DNA from: Alphaproteobacteria bacterium
GTDB taxonomy: Bacteria > Pseudomonadota > Alphaproteobacteria > Rhodobacterales > Rhodobacteraceae
Reading direction: 5' to 3'
Length of the DNA: 64,000 bases
Assembly (NCBI GenBank): GCA_030431485.1
Contig: JAUIIR010000010.1
Location: 331 to 64,330 of the forward strand
Position numbers and translations under genes: made by a program. Shown in pieces: positions 44,655 to 54,384 of this stretch. The notes below the pieces were generated by a model. That model saw only the letters and a program-made list of their open reading frames with translations, searched no databases and was not told where the DNA came from. Position 1 is the stretch's first letter. Each line of letters opens with the position of its first letter.

Positions 44655-45677
44655 ATGGACAGAGATGTTTCTTTTCAACCCGGTGATATCAGCGAACAGG
44701 ACGCGACCGCGATTTTCAGCGCGTCCACAGTTGCTATGGTGCTGACCAATCCGCGCATTCCGGACAATCCCATTGTCTATGTGAACCGCGCATTCGAGCG
44801 GCTGACAGGGTACACATCCGAAATGTCTCTGGGTCGGAATTGTCGTTTTCTGCAAGGCGAGCAAACGTCGCAATCGGCTGTCGATGAGCTGAGAGAAGCC
44901 ATCTCGGACGGTCGGGAAATCTCGACGATCCTGACCAACGTGCGTTCAAATGGCGACTCTTTCCTGAATGCCTTGCTGATTTCGCCAGTTACCGACGAAG
45001 AGGGCGACATCGTCTATTTCGTCGGGCTGCAAAGTGAAGTCGCAAATGACAAGCAAGCGGAACGGCTCAAGCAGTTTGAAACCGTCATGGCCGAAATCCA
45101 GCATCGGGTCAAAAACCACCTCTCAATGATCTTGGGGCTGATCCGCATGAAAGCGCGCAAGAGCGACGCGCCGGACGAGTTCAAGGATCTGTCGCGGCGC
45201 GTCGAAAGCCTGCAGCTGCTCTACGAAGAAATGTCGGCTGCCGCGCTGGAGCGCAACGACGGAAAAATCAAGCTTGGCGCCTATCTGGGGCGCGTGGCGA
45301 ACGCTATTGCGTATCTCGACAGTCGGCCCGGTGTACGCATGAACATTCAGGTCGAGCCCCTCATGGTCGATAGTGAAACGGCAGTGCGGATTGGTCTGAT
45401 CTTGTCTGAGGTCCTGACAAACGCGATGCAGCACGCATTTTGCGATCAGAAATCGGGCTTGGTCGAGCTGCGCGTTACCCGTACGGACAATGGGGGGATG
45501 CGGGCCATTGTCACCGACGACGGTGTCGGTCTGCCCGAAAATGTCACATGGCCGAATTCTGACGGTCTTGGCGGCCGCATCGTGCAGGGATTGTGTGATG
45601 GCCTGCAGGCAACGCTTCAGGTCACACGTGGGGCCGTCGGGACTATTGTAACCTTGGACGTGCCGATTGCCGATTGA
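44655..45677 (+). CDS. LOV-domain blue-light sensor histidine kinase (HWE/HisKA_2 type)
   Basis: LOV core NPIVYVNRAFERLTGYTSEMSLGRNCRFLQGEQTS, with the flavin-adduct Cys in the NCRFLQ motif. H-box EIQHRVKNHLSMILGLIRM. ATPase region LSEVLTNAMQHAF, DDGVGLP, GLGGRIV. No receiver domain. Confidence 0.85.
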   Translation: MDRDVSFQPGDISEQDATAIFSASTVAMVLTNPRIPDNPIVYVNRAFERLTGYTSEMSLGRNCRFLQGEQTSQSAVDELREAISDGREISTILTNVRSNGDSFLNALLISPVTDEEGDIVYFVGLQSEVANDKQAERLKQFETVMAEIQHRVKNHLSMILGLIRMKARKSDAPDEFKDLSRRVESLQLLYEEMSAAALERNDGKIKLGAYLGRVANAIAYLDSRPGVRMNIQVEPLMVDSETAVRIGLILSEVLTNAMQHAFCDQKSGLVELRVTRTDNGGMRAIVTDDGVGLPENVTWPNSDGLGGRIVQGLCDGLQATLQVTRGAVGTIVTLDVPIAD

Positions 45678-45697
45678 TCAAAAGTGGGTCAAGCTCA

Positions 45698-46564
45698 CTA
45701 GAACCATTGGCCTGGTTCCATCAGGCCAAGGTCAAGCAACTGGCGCGAATGCCATTCGAATGGCACCGAATTGTGCCACCGGAACGTTTCGATCGAAAAC
45801 GCTGATCCGGGGTTTCGTTTAAGTGCCTTGGCGGTTCGAAACGTCGCGACAGCCGCCGTCAGGTTGTGGTGCCACGGACAGGCATAGGTGTTGTACTCTT
45901 CATCGTTGAACGTGTGATCTGCCCGTATTTCCAACCCCGGTTTGGCGCGGAAAAGGGCAATTCGATCTATTTTCCGACGCTCTGGCGGCACATGTTCTTC
46001 GTATCGCCACCGGAGACCGCCAAAGAAATCAAGCTGCCGCTCCTTCGGATAGTTCGTCACCGCATCGCTTCGGCTGAGTGCGTAATAGCCAGAACGGTCG
46101 ATATAAGCATCCTCAATGCAGACTGCGCTGGGATGCGCCTCCAGATCGCCCGCGTAAAGATCGATCGCATAGCAGAGCATGGCATCGCGGCGCTCTTCGC
46201 TGTGAAATGCCAGCAATTCGCCTATTGTGCGGGTTTCACAGAAGGGGAAAAACAGAAACTCGGCATTGTAGCAGGCATATATCCAGACACCCGGCGCGAG
46301 CTGAATGATCTTGTTCACAATGTCTTCGCGATTGCCGTCACGCACCACATCAGCGTCGACGCGCGTGACCTGATCCGCGATATCTTCAGCCAGATCAAAT
46401 TCGGCAGGCATGAACAGGATATTTTTCTTGAAGCCGAGATGCAGGTTGTGCCGCACGGTTGCGTCGATCTCGACTGTGTCTTCTACGAAAACCAATGCAA
46501 TCGGCCCCTTGGCAAGAGTACCAGAGGCTTGTGAAAAGAATTCATCGATGTCTGTGTAACGCAT
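45698..46564 (-). CDS. Hypothetical protein (no family recognised)
   Basis: The ATG at 46564 gives MRYTDIDEFFSQASGTLAKGPIALVFVEDT... The ORF is about 288 aa, with codon usage like its neighbours. The track start at 46615 is probably too long. Confidence 0.6.
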   Translation of the reverse strand: MRYTDIDEFFSQASGTLAKGPIALVFVEDTVEIDATVRHNLHLGFKKNILFMPAEFDLAEDIADQVTRVDADVVRDGNREDIVNKIIQLAPGVWIYACYNAEFLFFPFCETRTIGELLAFHSEERRDAMLCYAIDLYAGDLEAHPSAVCIEDAYIDRSGYYALSRSDAVTNYPKERQLDFFGGLRWRYEEHVPPERRKIDRIALFRAKPGLEIRADHTFNDEEYNTYACPWHHNLTAAVATFRTAKALKRNPGSAFSIETFRWHNSVPFEWHSRQLLDLGLMEPGQWF

Positions 46565-46677
46565 GAGGCGACCTCTGCGGATGTTTCGCACAGAGTCGAT
46601 GAAAAAACCGTGCATTGCAAGACAGGGGTGACATGGGGTATCGGCACGCTCTGAACCCTGCCCCGGAGGATTGGCCG

Positions 46678-48000
46678 ATGTCCGAACCGAAGAAGCTTTA
46701 TATCAAGACCTATGGCTGTCAGATGAACGTCTACGACAGCGAACGCATGGCCGAAGCGCTGGGCGGTCAGGGCTATGTTGAAACGCAGTCGCCCGATGAT
46801 GCGGACATGATCCTGCTCAACACCTGCCATATCCGCGAAAAAGCGGCCGAAAAGGTCTACTCCGAGCTGGGGCGCTACAAGGGTTTGAAGGCCGATAAAC
46901 CCGATTTGAAAATTGGCGTGGCCGGATGTGTCGCGCAGGCCGAAGGCGAAGAAATCATGCGCCGTCAGCCGATGGTGGATCTGGTTGTCGGCCCACAAAG
47001 CTATCACCGCCTGCCCGAACTTGAGGCCAAAACCCGCAGCGGGGAAAAGGCGCTAGACACGGATTTCCCGGAAGAAGACAAGTTCGAGGTTCTCAAGAAC
47101 CGTCCCAAGGCAAAACGAGGCCCGACTGCCTTTCTGACGGTGCAGGAAGGCTGCGACAAGTTCTGCGCCTTCTGCGTGGTGCCCTATACGCGTGGTGCCG
47201 AAGTCAGCCGCCCCGCCGACCGCATCCTGACCGAAGCCCGCGATCTGGTGGAACGTGGCGTCCGGGAGATCACGCTGCTCGGCCAGAACGTCAACGCGTA
47301 TCACGGTGCGGGCGAAGGCGGCGATTGGTCGCTGGCCCGTCTGATCTGGGCGCTGAACGATATCGACGGGCTGGAACGCATCCGTTTTACCACCAGCCAT
47401 CCCAATGACATGACCGACGATCTGATCGAGGCGCATGGTACCTGTCCGAAACTGATGCCCTACCTGCACCTGCCCGTGCAGTCCGGCTCGGATCGCATTC
47501 TCAAGCGGATGAACCGGCAGCACACAGCGGAAAGCTACCTTGCGATCATTGAAAAGCTGCGCGCCGCGCGATCTGACTTGCTGCTGTCCGGTGACTTCAT
47601 CGTGGGGTTCCCTGAAGAAACCGAAGAGGATTTTCAGGCCACGCTCGATATCATTCGCGCATCGAACTACGGTTATGCCTACAGCTTCAAATACTCGACA
47701 CGCCCCGGCACGCCTGCGGCGGAACGCGACCAGCTGCCCGAAGACATCAAGGATGACCGGTTGCAGCGCCTGCAGGCTCTGATCACCGAGCAGCAGAAAG
47801 CCGCCCAGGACGCAATGGTCGGCAAAGAGGTTGGCGTGCTGTTTGAAAAGCCGGGTCGCTTGCCGGGCCAGATGGTTGGCAAGTCCGATCACCTGCACGC
47901 GGTCCATGTGCAAGCCGATGGGCTGCAGGCGGGTGACTTGCGCCGCGTCAGAATCATCGAATCCGGTCGCAACTCGCTTAAGGGTGCGTTGGTGCAATAA
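46678..48000 (+). CDS. miaB: tRNA-2-methylthio-N6-dimethylallyladenosine synthase
   Basis: The ATG at 46678 follows GGAGGA. Sequence: [24 protein letters not shown]. Radical-SAM CxxxCxxC in [18 protein letters not shown]-terminal TRAM domain. Confidence 0.9.
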   Translation: MSEPKKLYIKTYGCQMNVYDSERMAEALGGQGYVETQSPDDADMILLNTCHIREKAAEKVYSELGRYKGLKADKPDLKIGVAGCVAQAEGEEIMRRQPMVDLVVGPQSYHRLPELEAKTRSGEKALDTDFPEEDKFEVLKNRPKAKRGPTAFLTVQEGCDKFCAFCVVPYTRGAEVSRPADRILTEARDLVERGVREITLLGQNVNAYHGAGEGGDWSLARLIWALNDIDGLERIRFTTSHPNDMTDDLIEAHGTCPKLMPYLHLPVQSGSDRILKRMNRQHTAESYLAIIEKLRAARSDLLLSGDFIVGFPEETEEDFQATLDIIRASNYGYAYSFKYSTRPGTPAAERDQLPEDIKDDRLQRLQALITEQQKAAQDAMVGKEVGVLFEKPGRLPGQMVGKSDHLHAVHVQADGLQAGDLRRVRIIESGRNSLKGALVQ

Positions 48001-48129
48001 CACACTATCTGGCCGGACACCGCGATATATAGAGTTCTCTCTTCCAAGACCCGCTGTCTTTGGTAGTATCCAAGTGAATCGGACGGCCAGTCGCAAAGCA
48101 GGCCGTTGCGGCAGTCAAAGGACGTGGCC

Positions 48130-48660
48130 ATGAAAGCGCGGGTACCCGCATTCGTATTGAGTATCGCGTTGGCGCTGCCCCAGATTGGCGCTGCGCAGCA
48201 GGGTGAACGGTACGTACCGGGTGTGTGGATCGATCCGGATGGCTGCGAGCATTGGGTCATGGATGACGGTGCCGAGGGTTTCATGAGCCCGCATCTGCGA
48301 CGCGACGGCACGCCTGTCTGTCACAAAGTCAGCCGCTGCGCGATTGTGCCGACTGACACGATGTTTGCCACAGGCAGTGCCGCAATCGCCGCCGGTGGTG
48401 TGAACAGTCTGCGCAGCTTTTTTGCGTCCCACCCGTCCAATGGTTTTGTGATCGAGGGCCACACTGACAGCCGCGCCTCCGAGGCCTCGAACATGGCGCT
48501 TAGCCAGCGGCGGGCGCGTGCTGTTGCTCAGGTGGCGCAACAGGCGGGCGCTCGGGTCTATTCGGTACGGGGCTTCGGCGAAAGCCGCCCTGCGGCTTCC
48601 AATGCAACGGCCGAAGGAATGGCCCAGAATCGCCGGGTGGAAATTCTATGCCTGCGCTGA
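48130..48660 (+). CDS. OmpA-family (peptidoglycan-binding) protein with an N-terminal Cys-containing module
   Basis: Signal peptide MKARVPAFVLSIALALPQIGAA. C-terminal OmpA_C motifs: IEGHTDSRASEASNMALSQRRARAV, and NRRVEI. Confidence 0.8.
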   Translation: MKARVPAFVLSIALALPQIGAAQQGERYVPGVWIDPDGCEHWVMDDGAEGFMSPHLRRDGTPVCHKVSRCAIVPTDTMFATGSAAIAAGGVNSLRSFFASHPSNGFVIEGHTDSRASEASNMALSQRRARAVAQVAQQAGARVYSVRGFGESRPAASNATAEGMAQNRRVEILCLR

Positions 48661-48671
48661 GGAAAACCGCC

Positions 48672-48968
48672 ATGACCCGCGCCTTTGCTCTTGTTGGTCT
48701 CTGCGCTGCACTCGCGGGGTGTGAAAACGTGGGCGAAAACAAGGGCTACGACCGAGGTGTCGACAGCAAACCGCTGAGCGAATTGCAGGCCGGTATCTGG
48801 ATTGATCCCAATGGATGTGACCACTGGATCATTGACGATGGCATCGAAGGCTACCTGTCGCCCCGGCTCGATCCGCAAGGCAGACCGGTGTGTTCGGGCA
48901 ATGCTTCGGAACGAAACACCGCAATCGGTGATTTCAAAGGGGGTTCTTCGTTCGGAGACGCTTTGTGA
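48672..48968 (+). CDS. Small lipoprotein sharing the N-terminal module of the preceding OmpA-family protein
   Basis: MTRAFALVGLCAALAGC is a lipobox (LAG|C). The mature part contains GIWIDPNGCDHWIIDDGIEGYLSPRLDPQGRPVC, paralogous to residues in the 48130..48660 product. Confidence 0.7.
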   Translation: MTRAFALVGLCAALAGCENVGENKGYDRGVDSKPLSELQAGIWIDPNGCDHWIIDDGIEGYLSPRLDPQGRPVCSGNASERNTAIGDFKGGSSFGDAL

Positions 48969-49043
48969 GCGAAAGGGTGACTGCTTGCACTGCGTGATGG
49001 AACTTGACACCCTGTTCTCGACACCTTTGCACCGGAGACCCGT

Positions 49044-50021
49044 GTGACCACAGACACCTTGTCAGAAGCGCTTGTAGAATTCCCAGATAACCGTTTGTTG
49101 ATCGACCTTTGCGGCGAATATGACCGCAACCTCACCGAGATTGAGACCCGACTCGGGGTCCAGATTCTGCGGCGTGGGAATCAACTGGCGATCCACGGCG
49201 AAACTGAGGCGCAGGCAGAGGCGCGCGAAGTGCTCATGTCCCTCTACCAGCGGCTGGAACAGGGCCGCAGTGTCTCTCCGGGTGATATTGATCGTGAATT
49301 CCGCATGGCCCCTGAAGAAGCCGGACCAGATGCACAGATCGAGATGTTCGAAGGTGGTCCTGTCGAAATCAAGACCCGCAAGAAGCTGGTGGAACCGCGC
49401 ACTGACGCGCAAAAAGCCTATGTCCGCTCGCTGTTCGAAAACGAACTGGCCTTCGGCATCGGTCCGGCAGGCACGGGCAAGACCTATCTCGCAGTCGCTG
49501 TAGGCGTGAACATGTTCATCACCGGACAGGTCGACAGGATCATTCTCAGCCGCCCAGCGGTCGAGGCTGGCGAAAAGCTCGGCTATTTACCCGGTGACAT
49601 GAAGGACAAGGTCGATCCCTACATGCAGCCGCTCTATGACGCGCTGAATGACTTTCTGCCTGGTAAGCAATTGGCCCGCATGATCGAGGAAAAGACCGTC
49701 GAGATTGCGCCGCTGGCATTTATGCGCGGCCGGACGCTCTCTAATGCGTTTGTGGTTCTTGATGAGGCGCAGAACGCGACGTCGATGCAGATGAAGATGT
49801 TTCTCACCCGCCTCGGCGAAGGTTCGCGCATGGTGATCACCGGCGACCGGACCCAGATCGACCTTCCGCGCGGCGTCGCGTCTGGCCTGTCCGATGCCGA
49901 GCGATTGCTCAAGTCCATTCCAAAGATCAGCTTCAACTATTTCACTGCCAAAGATGTCGTGCGCCACCCACTTGTGGCTGCGATCATCGAAGCTTACGAG
50001 AAAGACGCTGAAACGCCCTGA
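49044..50021 (+). CDS. phoH: PhoH-family ATPase (YbeZ-like)
   Basis: Walker A GIGPAGTGKTYLAV, Walker B VVLDEAQN, GDRTQIDLP. GTG start. Upstream of ybeY, as is typical. Confidence 0.88.
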   Translation: MTTDTLSEALVEFPDNRLLIDLCGEYDRNLTEIETRLGVQILRRGNQLAIHGETEAQAEAREVLMSLYQRLEQGRSVSPGDIDREFRMAPEEAGPDAQIEMFEGGPVEIKTRKKLVEPRTDAQKAYVRSLFENELAFGIGPAGTGKTYLAVAVGVNMFITGQVDRIILSRPAVEAGEKLGYLPGDMKDKVDPYMQPLYDALNDFLPGKQLARMIEEKTVEIAPLAFMRGRTLSNAFVVLDEAQNATSMQMKMFLTRLGEGSRMVITGDRTQIDLPRGVASGLSDAERLLKSIPKISFNYFTAKDVVRHPLVAAIIEAYEKDAETP

Positions 50022-50079
50022 TCTTCATCCTGCCAGACTTACTCCGGGAGTTTGGGGACACAGTCCCCAAAAATGAGCA

Positions 50080-50589
50080 GTGACGACACTGACCGACATT
50101 GTGATCGAAGACCCCCGCTGGGACAAGGTGGGCCTCGACGATCTGGCGGAGATGGCCGCCGCCAACGTTCTGAATTACCTTGGGTTTTCAGCCGAAGGCT
50201 ATGAAATCGCTGTGCTGGGTTGCGATGACCCACGCATCGCAGACCTCAATGCTGAGTTTCGAGGCAAACCAACACCGACCAACGTGCTCAGCTGGCCGTC
50301 CTATGACCTCGCGCCCGCCCAAGAAGGCGACACGCCTCACGCGCCGCCGCCGCCCGATCCGATCATGGGAGAAAGCCTCGGCGACATCGCCATCGCCTTT
50401 GAAACCTGCGCGCGCGAGGCCGACGAGGCTGGCAAAGCCATGAGCGACCATGTCACGCATTTGGTTGTTCACGGGGTGTTACATCTTCTGGGCTATGATC
50501 ACGTTCGTGACCGCGATGCCACGCTGATGGAAGGTTTGGAGACCAAGATACTTGGCAAAATGGGTATTGCGGACCCATATAGTCGGTAG
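50080..50589 (+). CDS. ybeY: Endoribonuclease YbeY (rRNA maturation factor)
   Basis: Zinc motif HLVVHGVLHLLGYDH. GTG start. Confidence 0.88.
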   Translation: MTTLTDIVIEDPRWDKVGLDDLAEMAAANVLNYLGFSAEGYEIAVLGCDDPRIADLNAEFRGKPTPTNVLSWPSYDLAPAQEGDTPHAPPPPDPIMGESLGDIAIAFETCAREADEAGKAMSDHVTHLVVHGVLHLLGYDHVRDRDATLMEGLETKILGKMGIADPYSR

Positions 50590-50624
50590 TACGGGCCAAC
50601 CGGCCTTCACTGGAACAGGAAAAA

Positions 50625-51566
50625 ATGGGCGACAACGACGACTCGTCTAACGCTGCGCAGCGCGCGCGTGAGATGACAGACACACAACCGGAACGTGGGT
50701 TTTTTACACGTTTGCGCGACTGGATGGGCGGCTCAGAGGAAAGCGCTGCCGAAACGCCACCGCCTGAAACCTCCCGATCAGTGGCTCCGATACATGGCAT
50801 GATGAACCTGCGCAGCATGCGGGTCGAAGACGTGGCTGTGCCACGCGCGGACATTGTTTCAGTGCCAGATACCGTAACCAAGTCGGAACTTGTGGATGTG
50901 TTCCGCGAAAGCGGTCTCACGCGTCTGCCGGTGTATTCAGGGACGCTCGACACGCCGGTTGGTATGGCTCACCTCAAGGACCTGGCGCTGAAACACGGGT
51001 TCAATGGCAAAAGCAGCGATTTTGATCTGAAGCAGATGTTGCGTCCGCTGCTGTTTGTACCACCGTCTATGCCCATCGGCGTTTTGCTGGCGAAAATGCA
51101 GACTGAACGGCGGCATATGGCGCTGGTCATCGACGAATATGGCGGTGTCGATGGTCTGGTGACGATTGAGGACCTGATTGAACAGGTGATCGGCGAGATC
51201 GAAGACGAACACGACCTTGATGAAGGCCGCAATTTCTCGCGCGAAAAGCCCGGGGTTTATATGGCCTTCGCCCGGACCCCGTTGGAAGAGTTCGAGGCAG
51301 AGATTGGTCTGAATCTCACCAATCATGATGACATCGATGGTGAGGAAATCGACACGCTGGGCGGACTTGTCTTTATGCTGGCGGGTCATGTGCCGGCACG
51401 GGGCGAGGTGGTGCCGCATCCCGAAGGTCCCGAGTTCGAGGTGATCGACGCGGATCCGCGCCGGATCAAACGGATGCGCGTCCGCCTGCATGCGACAGCC
51501 GCAGGTGATGCCGCCAGAGCACGTGAGGCCGCCGAAGCCACGACATCCGCAGCACGCTCCGCCTGA
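50625..51566 (+). CDS. CBS-pair plus CorC/HlyC transporter-associated domain protein (CorC/YbeX-like)
   Basis: CBS region (MRVEDVAVPRADIVSV, RRHMALVIDEYGGVDGLVTIEDLIEQVIGEIEDEHD) and a C-terminal CorC_HlyC-like domain. Conserved position between ybeY and lnt. Confidence 0.85.
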   Translation: MGDNDDSSNAAQRAREMTDTQPERGFFTRLRDWMGGSEESAAETPPPETSRSVAPIHGMMNLRSMRVEDVAVPRADIVSVPDTVTKSELVDVFRESGLTRLPVYSGTLDTPVGMAHLKDLALKHGFNGKSSDFDLKQMLRPLLFVPPSMPIGVLLAKMQTERRHMALVIDEYGGVDGLVTIEDLIEQVIGEIEDEHDLDEGRNFSREKPGVYMAFARTPLEEFEAEIGLNLTNHDDIDGEEIDTLGGLVFMLAGHVPARGEVVPHPEGPEFEVIDADPRRIKRMRVRLHATAAGDAARAREAAEATTSAARSA

Positions 51567-51569
51567 TCC

Positions 51570-53051
51570 ATGCATGGTCTACGCCGCATTGGCGCGCTTT
51601 GTCTCGGCGGCGTCTTTGCTTTGGGTCAAGCGCCGTTTGACCTGTGGTGGGTCGCGGCACCGGCCTTGGTTGGCATCCTGTGGTTGACAGGCGCCGACAA
51701 ATCCTCTCGGTCTGCGGGCTGGTCGGGATGGCTCTTTGGTGCAGGCTATTTTGCGCTGTCGATGCACTGGATTGTCGAACCGTTTGCGGTCGATCCAAAC
51801 GTGACATGGATGGCGCCATTTGCTTTGATCGGACTGGCCGCCGGGCTTGCTTTGCTTTGGGCCATAGCGTTCTGGGCCGGACGTCGTCTCTATCCCGGCC
51901 CGTTTGCCATCGCGCTCTGCTGGGCTGCGACAGAACTTGCGCGCGCTTATATGCTGACCGGATTTCCCTGGGGGCTGGTGGGCTATGTCTGGGCACAGAC
52001 GCCCGTCGCACAATGGCACGCGATCATCGGTCCGCATGGGGTAACATTGATCACACTCATGCTTGCTGCATGCGCCGCATGGGCGATTTCTAAGCGATCG
52101 TTTCCAGTTTTTTTCGTAACGGTTCTGGTTGGTTTTGTTGGCTTCATTGCCGGGATGTTTCTCTACCCCGGGTCGTTGGACCCGACCGGCTTCAACGTCC
52201 GCCTGATCCAGCCCAACGCGCCGCAGCATCAGAAATGGGACCGTGATTTAATACCGATCTTTTTCAACCGACAGGTCGATTTCACGGCCCAAAACCCCAA
52301 ACCCGATCTGATCGTCTGGCCAGAAACCGCAGTACCGAACCTGCTGGACACTGCCGGTCCCGCTCTAGAGGTCATCGCGGACGCCGCCGCAGGCACACCG
52401 GTGGTGCTGGGCATCCAGCGGGAAGAAGACGGACGATATTTCAATTCGCTTATAACTCTGAACGCCGCAGGGCAGGTGGCCGATCTTTATGACAAGCACC
52501 ACCTCGTTCCGTTTGGCGAATACATGCCCGTTGCGTCTTTCTTTGCCCGGTTCAACATCTTGGGTCTCGCCACCCGCGCCGAGGCTGGGTACTCCGCTGG
52601 CCCCGGACCGGCGCTGATCGACCTTGGCCCGCTGGGCACAGCCCTGCCGCTGATCTGCTACGAGGCCGTCTTTCCGCAGGACGTGAATGGCGCACCGGAA
52701 CGCCCCAGCATGCTGCTCCAGATAACCAACGACGCATGGTTCGGCATCAACGCGGGACCTCAGCAGCACCTGACCCAAGCCCGCCTGCGCGCCATCGAAC
52801 AGCGGTTGCCGATGATCCGGGTGGCCAACACCGGGATTTCGGCCATGATCGATCCGGCCGGCCGGATCGTGGATGCCCTGCCTCTGGGTCGTGCCGGGTT
52901 CATTGACGTGCCGCTGCCGCCTGCATTGAGGCCTTTGCTTTACAGCCGCACCGGCGATTGGCTCGCTTTCGCCGCGCTTATCGTGTCATTTGCGGCGCTG
53001 TTCATGTTCAAAAGTAGCAGACCCATTGACCCGCCCTCCGCCGGGGCGTAA
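51570..53051 (+). CDS. lnt: Apolipoprotein N-acyltransferase
   Basis: N-terminal polytopic membrane domain plus a C-terminal nitrilase-like domain (VWPETAVP, DKHHLVPFGEY, LICYEAVFP). Confidence 0.88.
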   Translation: MHGLRRIGALCLGGVFALGQAPFDLWWVAAPALVGILWLTGADKSSRSAGWSGWLFGAGYFALSMHWIVEPFAVDPNVTWMAPFALIGLAAGLALLWAIAFWAGRRLYPGPFAIALCWAATELARAYMLTGFPWGLVGYVWAQTPVAQWHAIIGPHGVTLITLMLAACAAWAISKRSFPVFFVTVLVGFVGFIAGMFLYPGSLDPTGFNVRLIQPNAPQHQKWDRDLIPIFFNRQVDFTAQNPKPDLIVWPETAVPNLLDTAGPALEVIADAAAGTPVVLGIQREEDGRYFNSLITLNAAGQVADLYDKHHLVPFGEYMPVASFFARFNILGLATRAEAGYSAGPGPALIDLGPLGTALPLICYEAVFPQDVNGAPERPSMLLQITNDAWFGINAGPQQHLTQARLRAIEQRLPMIRVANTGISAMIDPAGRIVDALPLGRAGFIDVPLPPALRPLLYSRTGDWLAFAALIVSFAALFMFKSSRPIDPPSAGA

Positions 53052-53067
53052 CGCGAAGTATCTTTCC

Positions 53068-53112
53068 CGTCACAACGGCTTCCTGACGTGGCGGCAGACC
53101 CTAATGGAGCAC
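53068..53112 (+). promoter_or_regulatory. Probable SAM/SAH riboswitch in the metK leader
   Basis: CGUCACAACGGCUUCCUGACGUGGCGGCAGACCCUAAUGGAGCAC lies directly upstream of the metK ATG at 53115. The core ACAACGGCUUCCUGACGUGGC matches my recollection of the Rhodobacterales-specific SAM/SAH motif. The loop GCUUC can pair with the SD-region GGAGC, forming a pseudoknot that occludes the RBS. Confidence 0.6.
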
Positions 53113-53114
53113 TC

Positions 53115-54296
53115 ATGTCCCGACAGAATTATATTTTCACCTCGGAATCCGTGTCCGAGGGCCACCCGGATAAGGTCTGTGACCGTATCTCGGACGCGAT
53201 CCTTGACGCCTTTCTTTCCGAAGAACCCGAAGCGCGGGTTGCCTGCGAAACCTTTGCCACGACCAATCGTGTCGTGATCGGTGGAGAGGTGGGACTGTCG
53301 GACCAGAACCGCCTTGCCACCTACATGGAGCGCGTCCCGGATATCGCCCGCGCCTGCATCAAGGACATCGGTTACGAACAGGACGAGTTCCACCATGCAA
53401 CCTGCGAAATCACCAATTTGCTGCACCAGCAGTCAGCGCATATCGCGCAGGGTGTGAACGCCAGTGCCGACAAGGACGAAGGCGCAGGTGATCAGGGGAT
53501 CATGTTCGGCTACGCCACAAACGAAACCGACGCGCTCATGCCTGCACCTATCCAGTTCAGCCACGCAATCCTGCGACGTCTGGCCGAGGTGCGGAAATCC
53601 GGGGCCGAGCCGCTGCTGCGCCCGGACGCCAAATCGCAGATCTCGGTGCGCTACGAGAACGGAAAGCCGATGGGCGTGACTTCGATTGTGTTGTCGACCC
53701 AGCACGCCGACGAGAGCCAAAGCTCCGCTGACATTCGCGCCATCGTCGAGCCCTATATCCGCGAGGTGCTGCCCGAGGGGTGGATCACAAACGAAACCGA
53801 ATGGTGGGTCAACCCGACCGGCACGTTTGTCATTGGCGGCCCCGATGGCGACGCGGGCCTCACAGGGCGCAAGATCATCGTCGACACCTATGGCGGTGCC
53901 GCCCCCCACGGGGGTGGCGCATTCTCGGGCAAAGACCCGACCAAGGTGGATCGCTCCGCTGCCTATGCCGCGCGATATCTGGCAAAGAACGTGGTCGCAG
54001 CGGGCATGGCGGAACGCTGCACGATCCAGCTCTCCTATGCGATCGGGGTCTCCAAGCCGCTGTCGATCTACGCTGACACACACGGCACCGGCGATGTTGA
54101 TGCCGCCGCAATCGAAGCGGCCATTCCCAAGGTGATGGACCTCACGCCGCGCGGCATCCGCACACATCTGGAACTGAACAAGCCGATCTATGAACGCACG
54201 GCGGCCTACGGCCATTTTGGCCGCGCGCCCGAAGCAGATGGCGGGTTCAGCTGGGAACGTACCGATCTGGTAGACGCGCTGAAATCCTCCGTTTGA
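53115..54296 (+). CDS. metK: S-adenosylmethionine synthase
   Basis: The ATG at 53115 gives [32 protein letters not shown]. Also [17 protein letters not shown] and [19 protein letters not shown]. Confidence 0.95.
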   Translation: MSRQNYIFTSESVSEGHPDKVCDRISDAILDAFLSEEPEARVACETFATTNRVVIGGEVGLSDQNRLATYMERVPDIARACIKDIGYEQDEFHHATCEITNLLHQQSAHIAQGVNASADKDEGAGDQGIMFGYATNETDALMPAPIQFSHAILRRLAEVRKSGAEPLLRPDAKSQISVRYENGKPMGVTSIVLSTQHADESQSSADIRAIVEPYIREVLPEGWITNETEWWVNPTGTFVIGGPDGDAGLTGRKIIVDTYGGAAPHGGGAFSGKDPTKVDRSAAYAARYLAKNVVAAGMAERCTIQLSYAIGVSKPLSIYADTHGTGDVDAAAIEAAIPKVMDLTPRGIRTHLELNKPIYERTAAYGHFGRAPEADGGFSWERTDLVDALKSSV

Positions 54297-54384
54297 CCCG
54301 TGCGCTGGCATGGCGCAGGTGACATGATCTCCTCCCAGGACTACGCTCGCGTTCAGCGCGAATTGTCTGAGGGAGGAGATCGCG

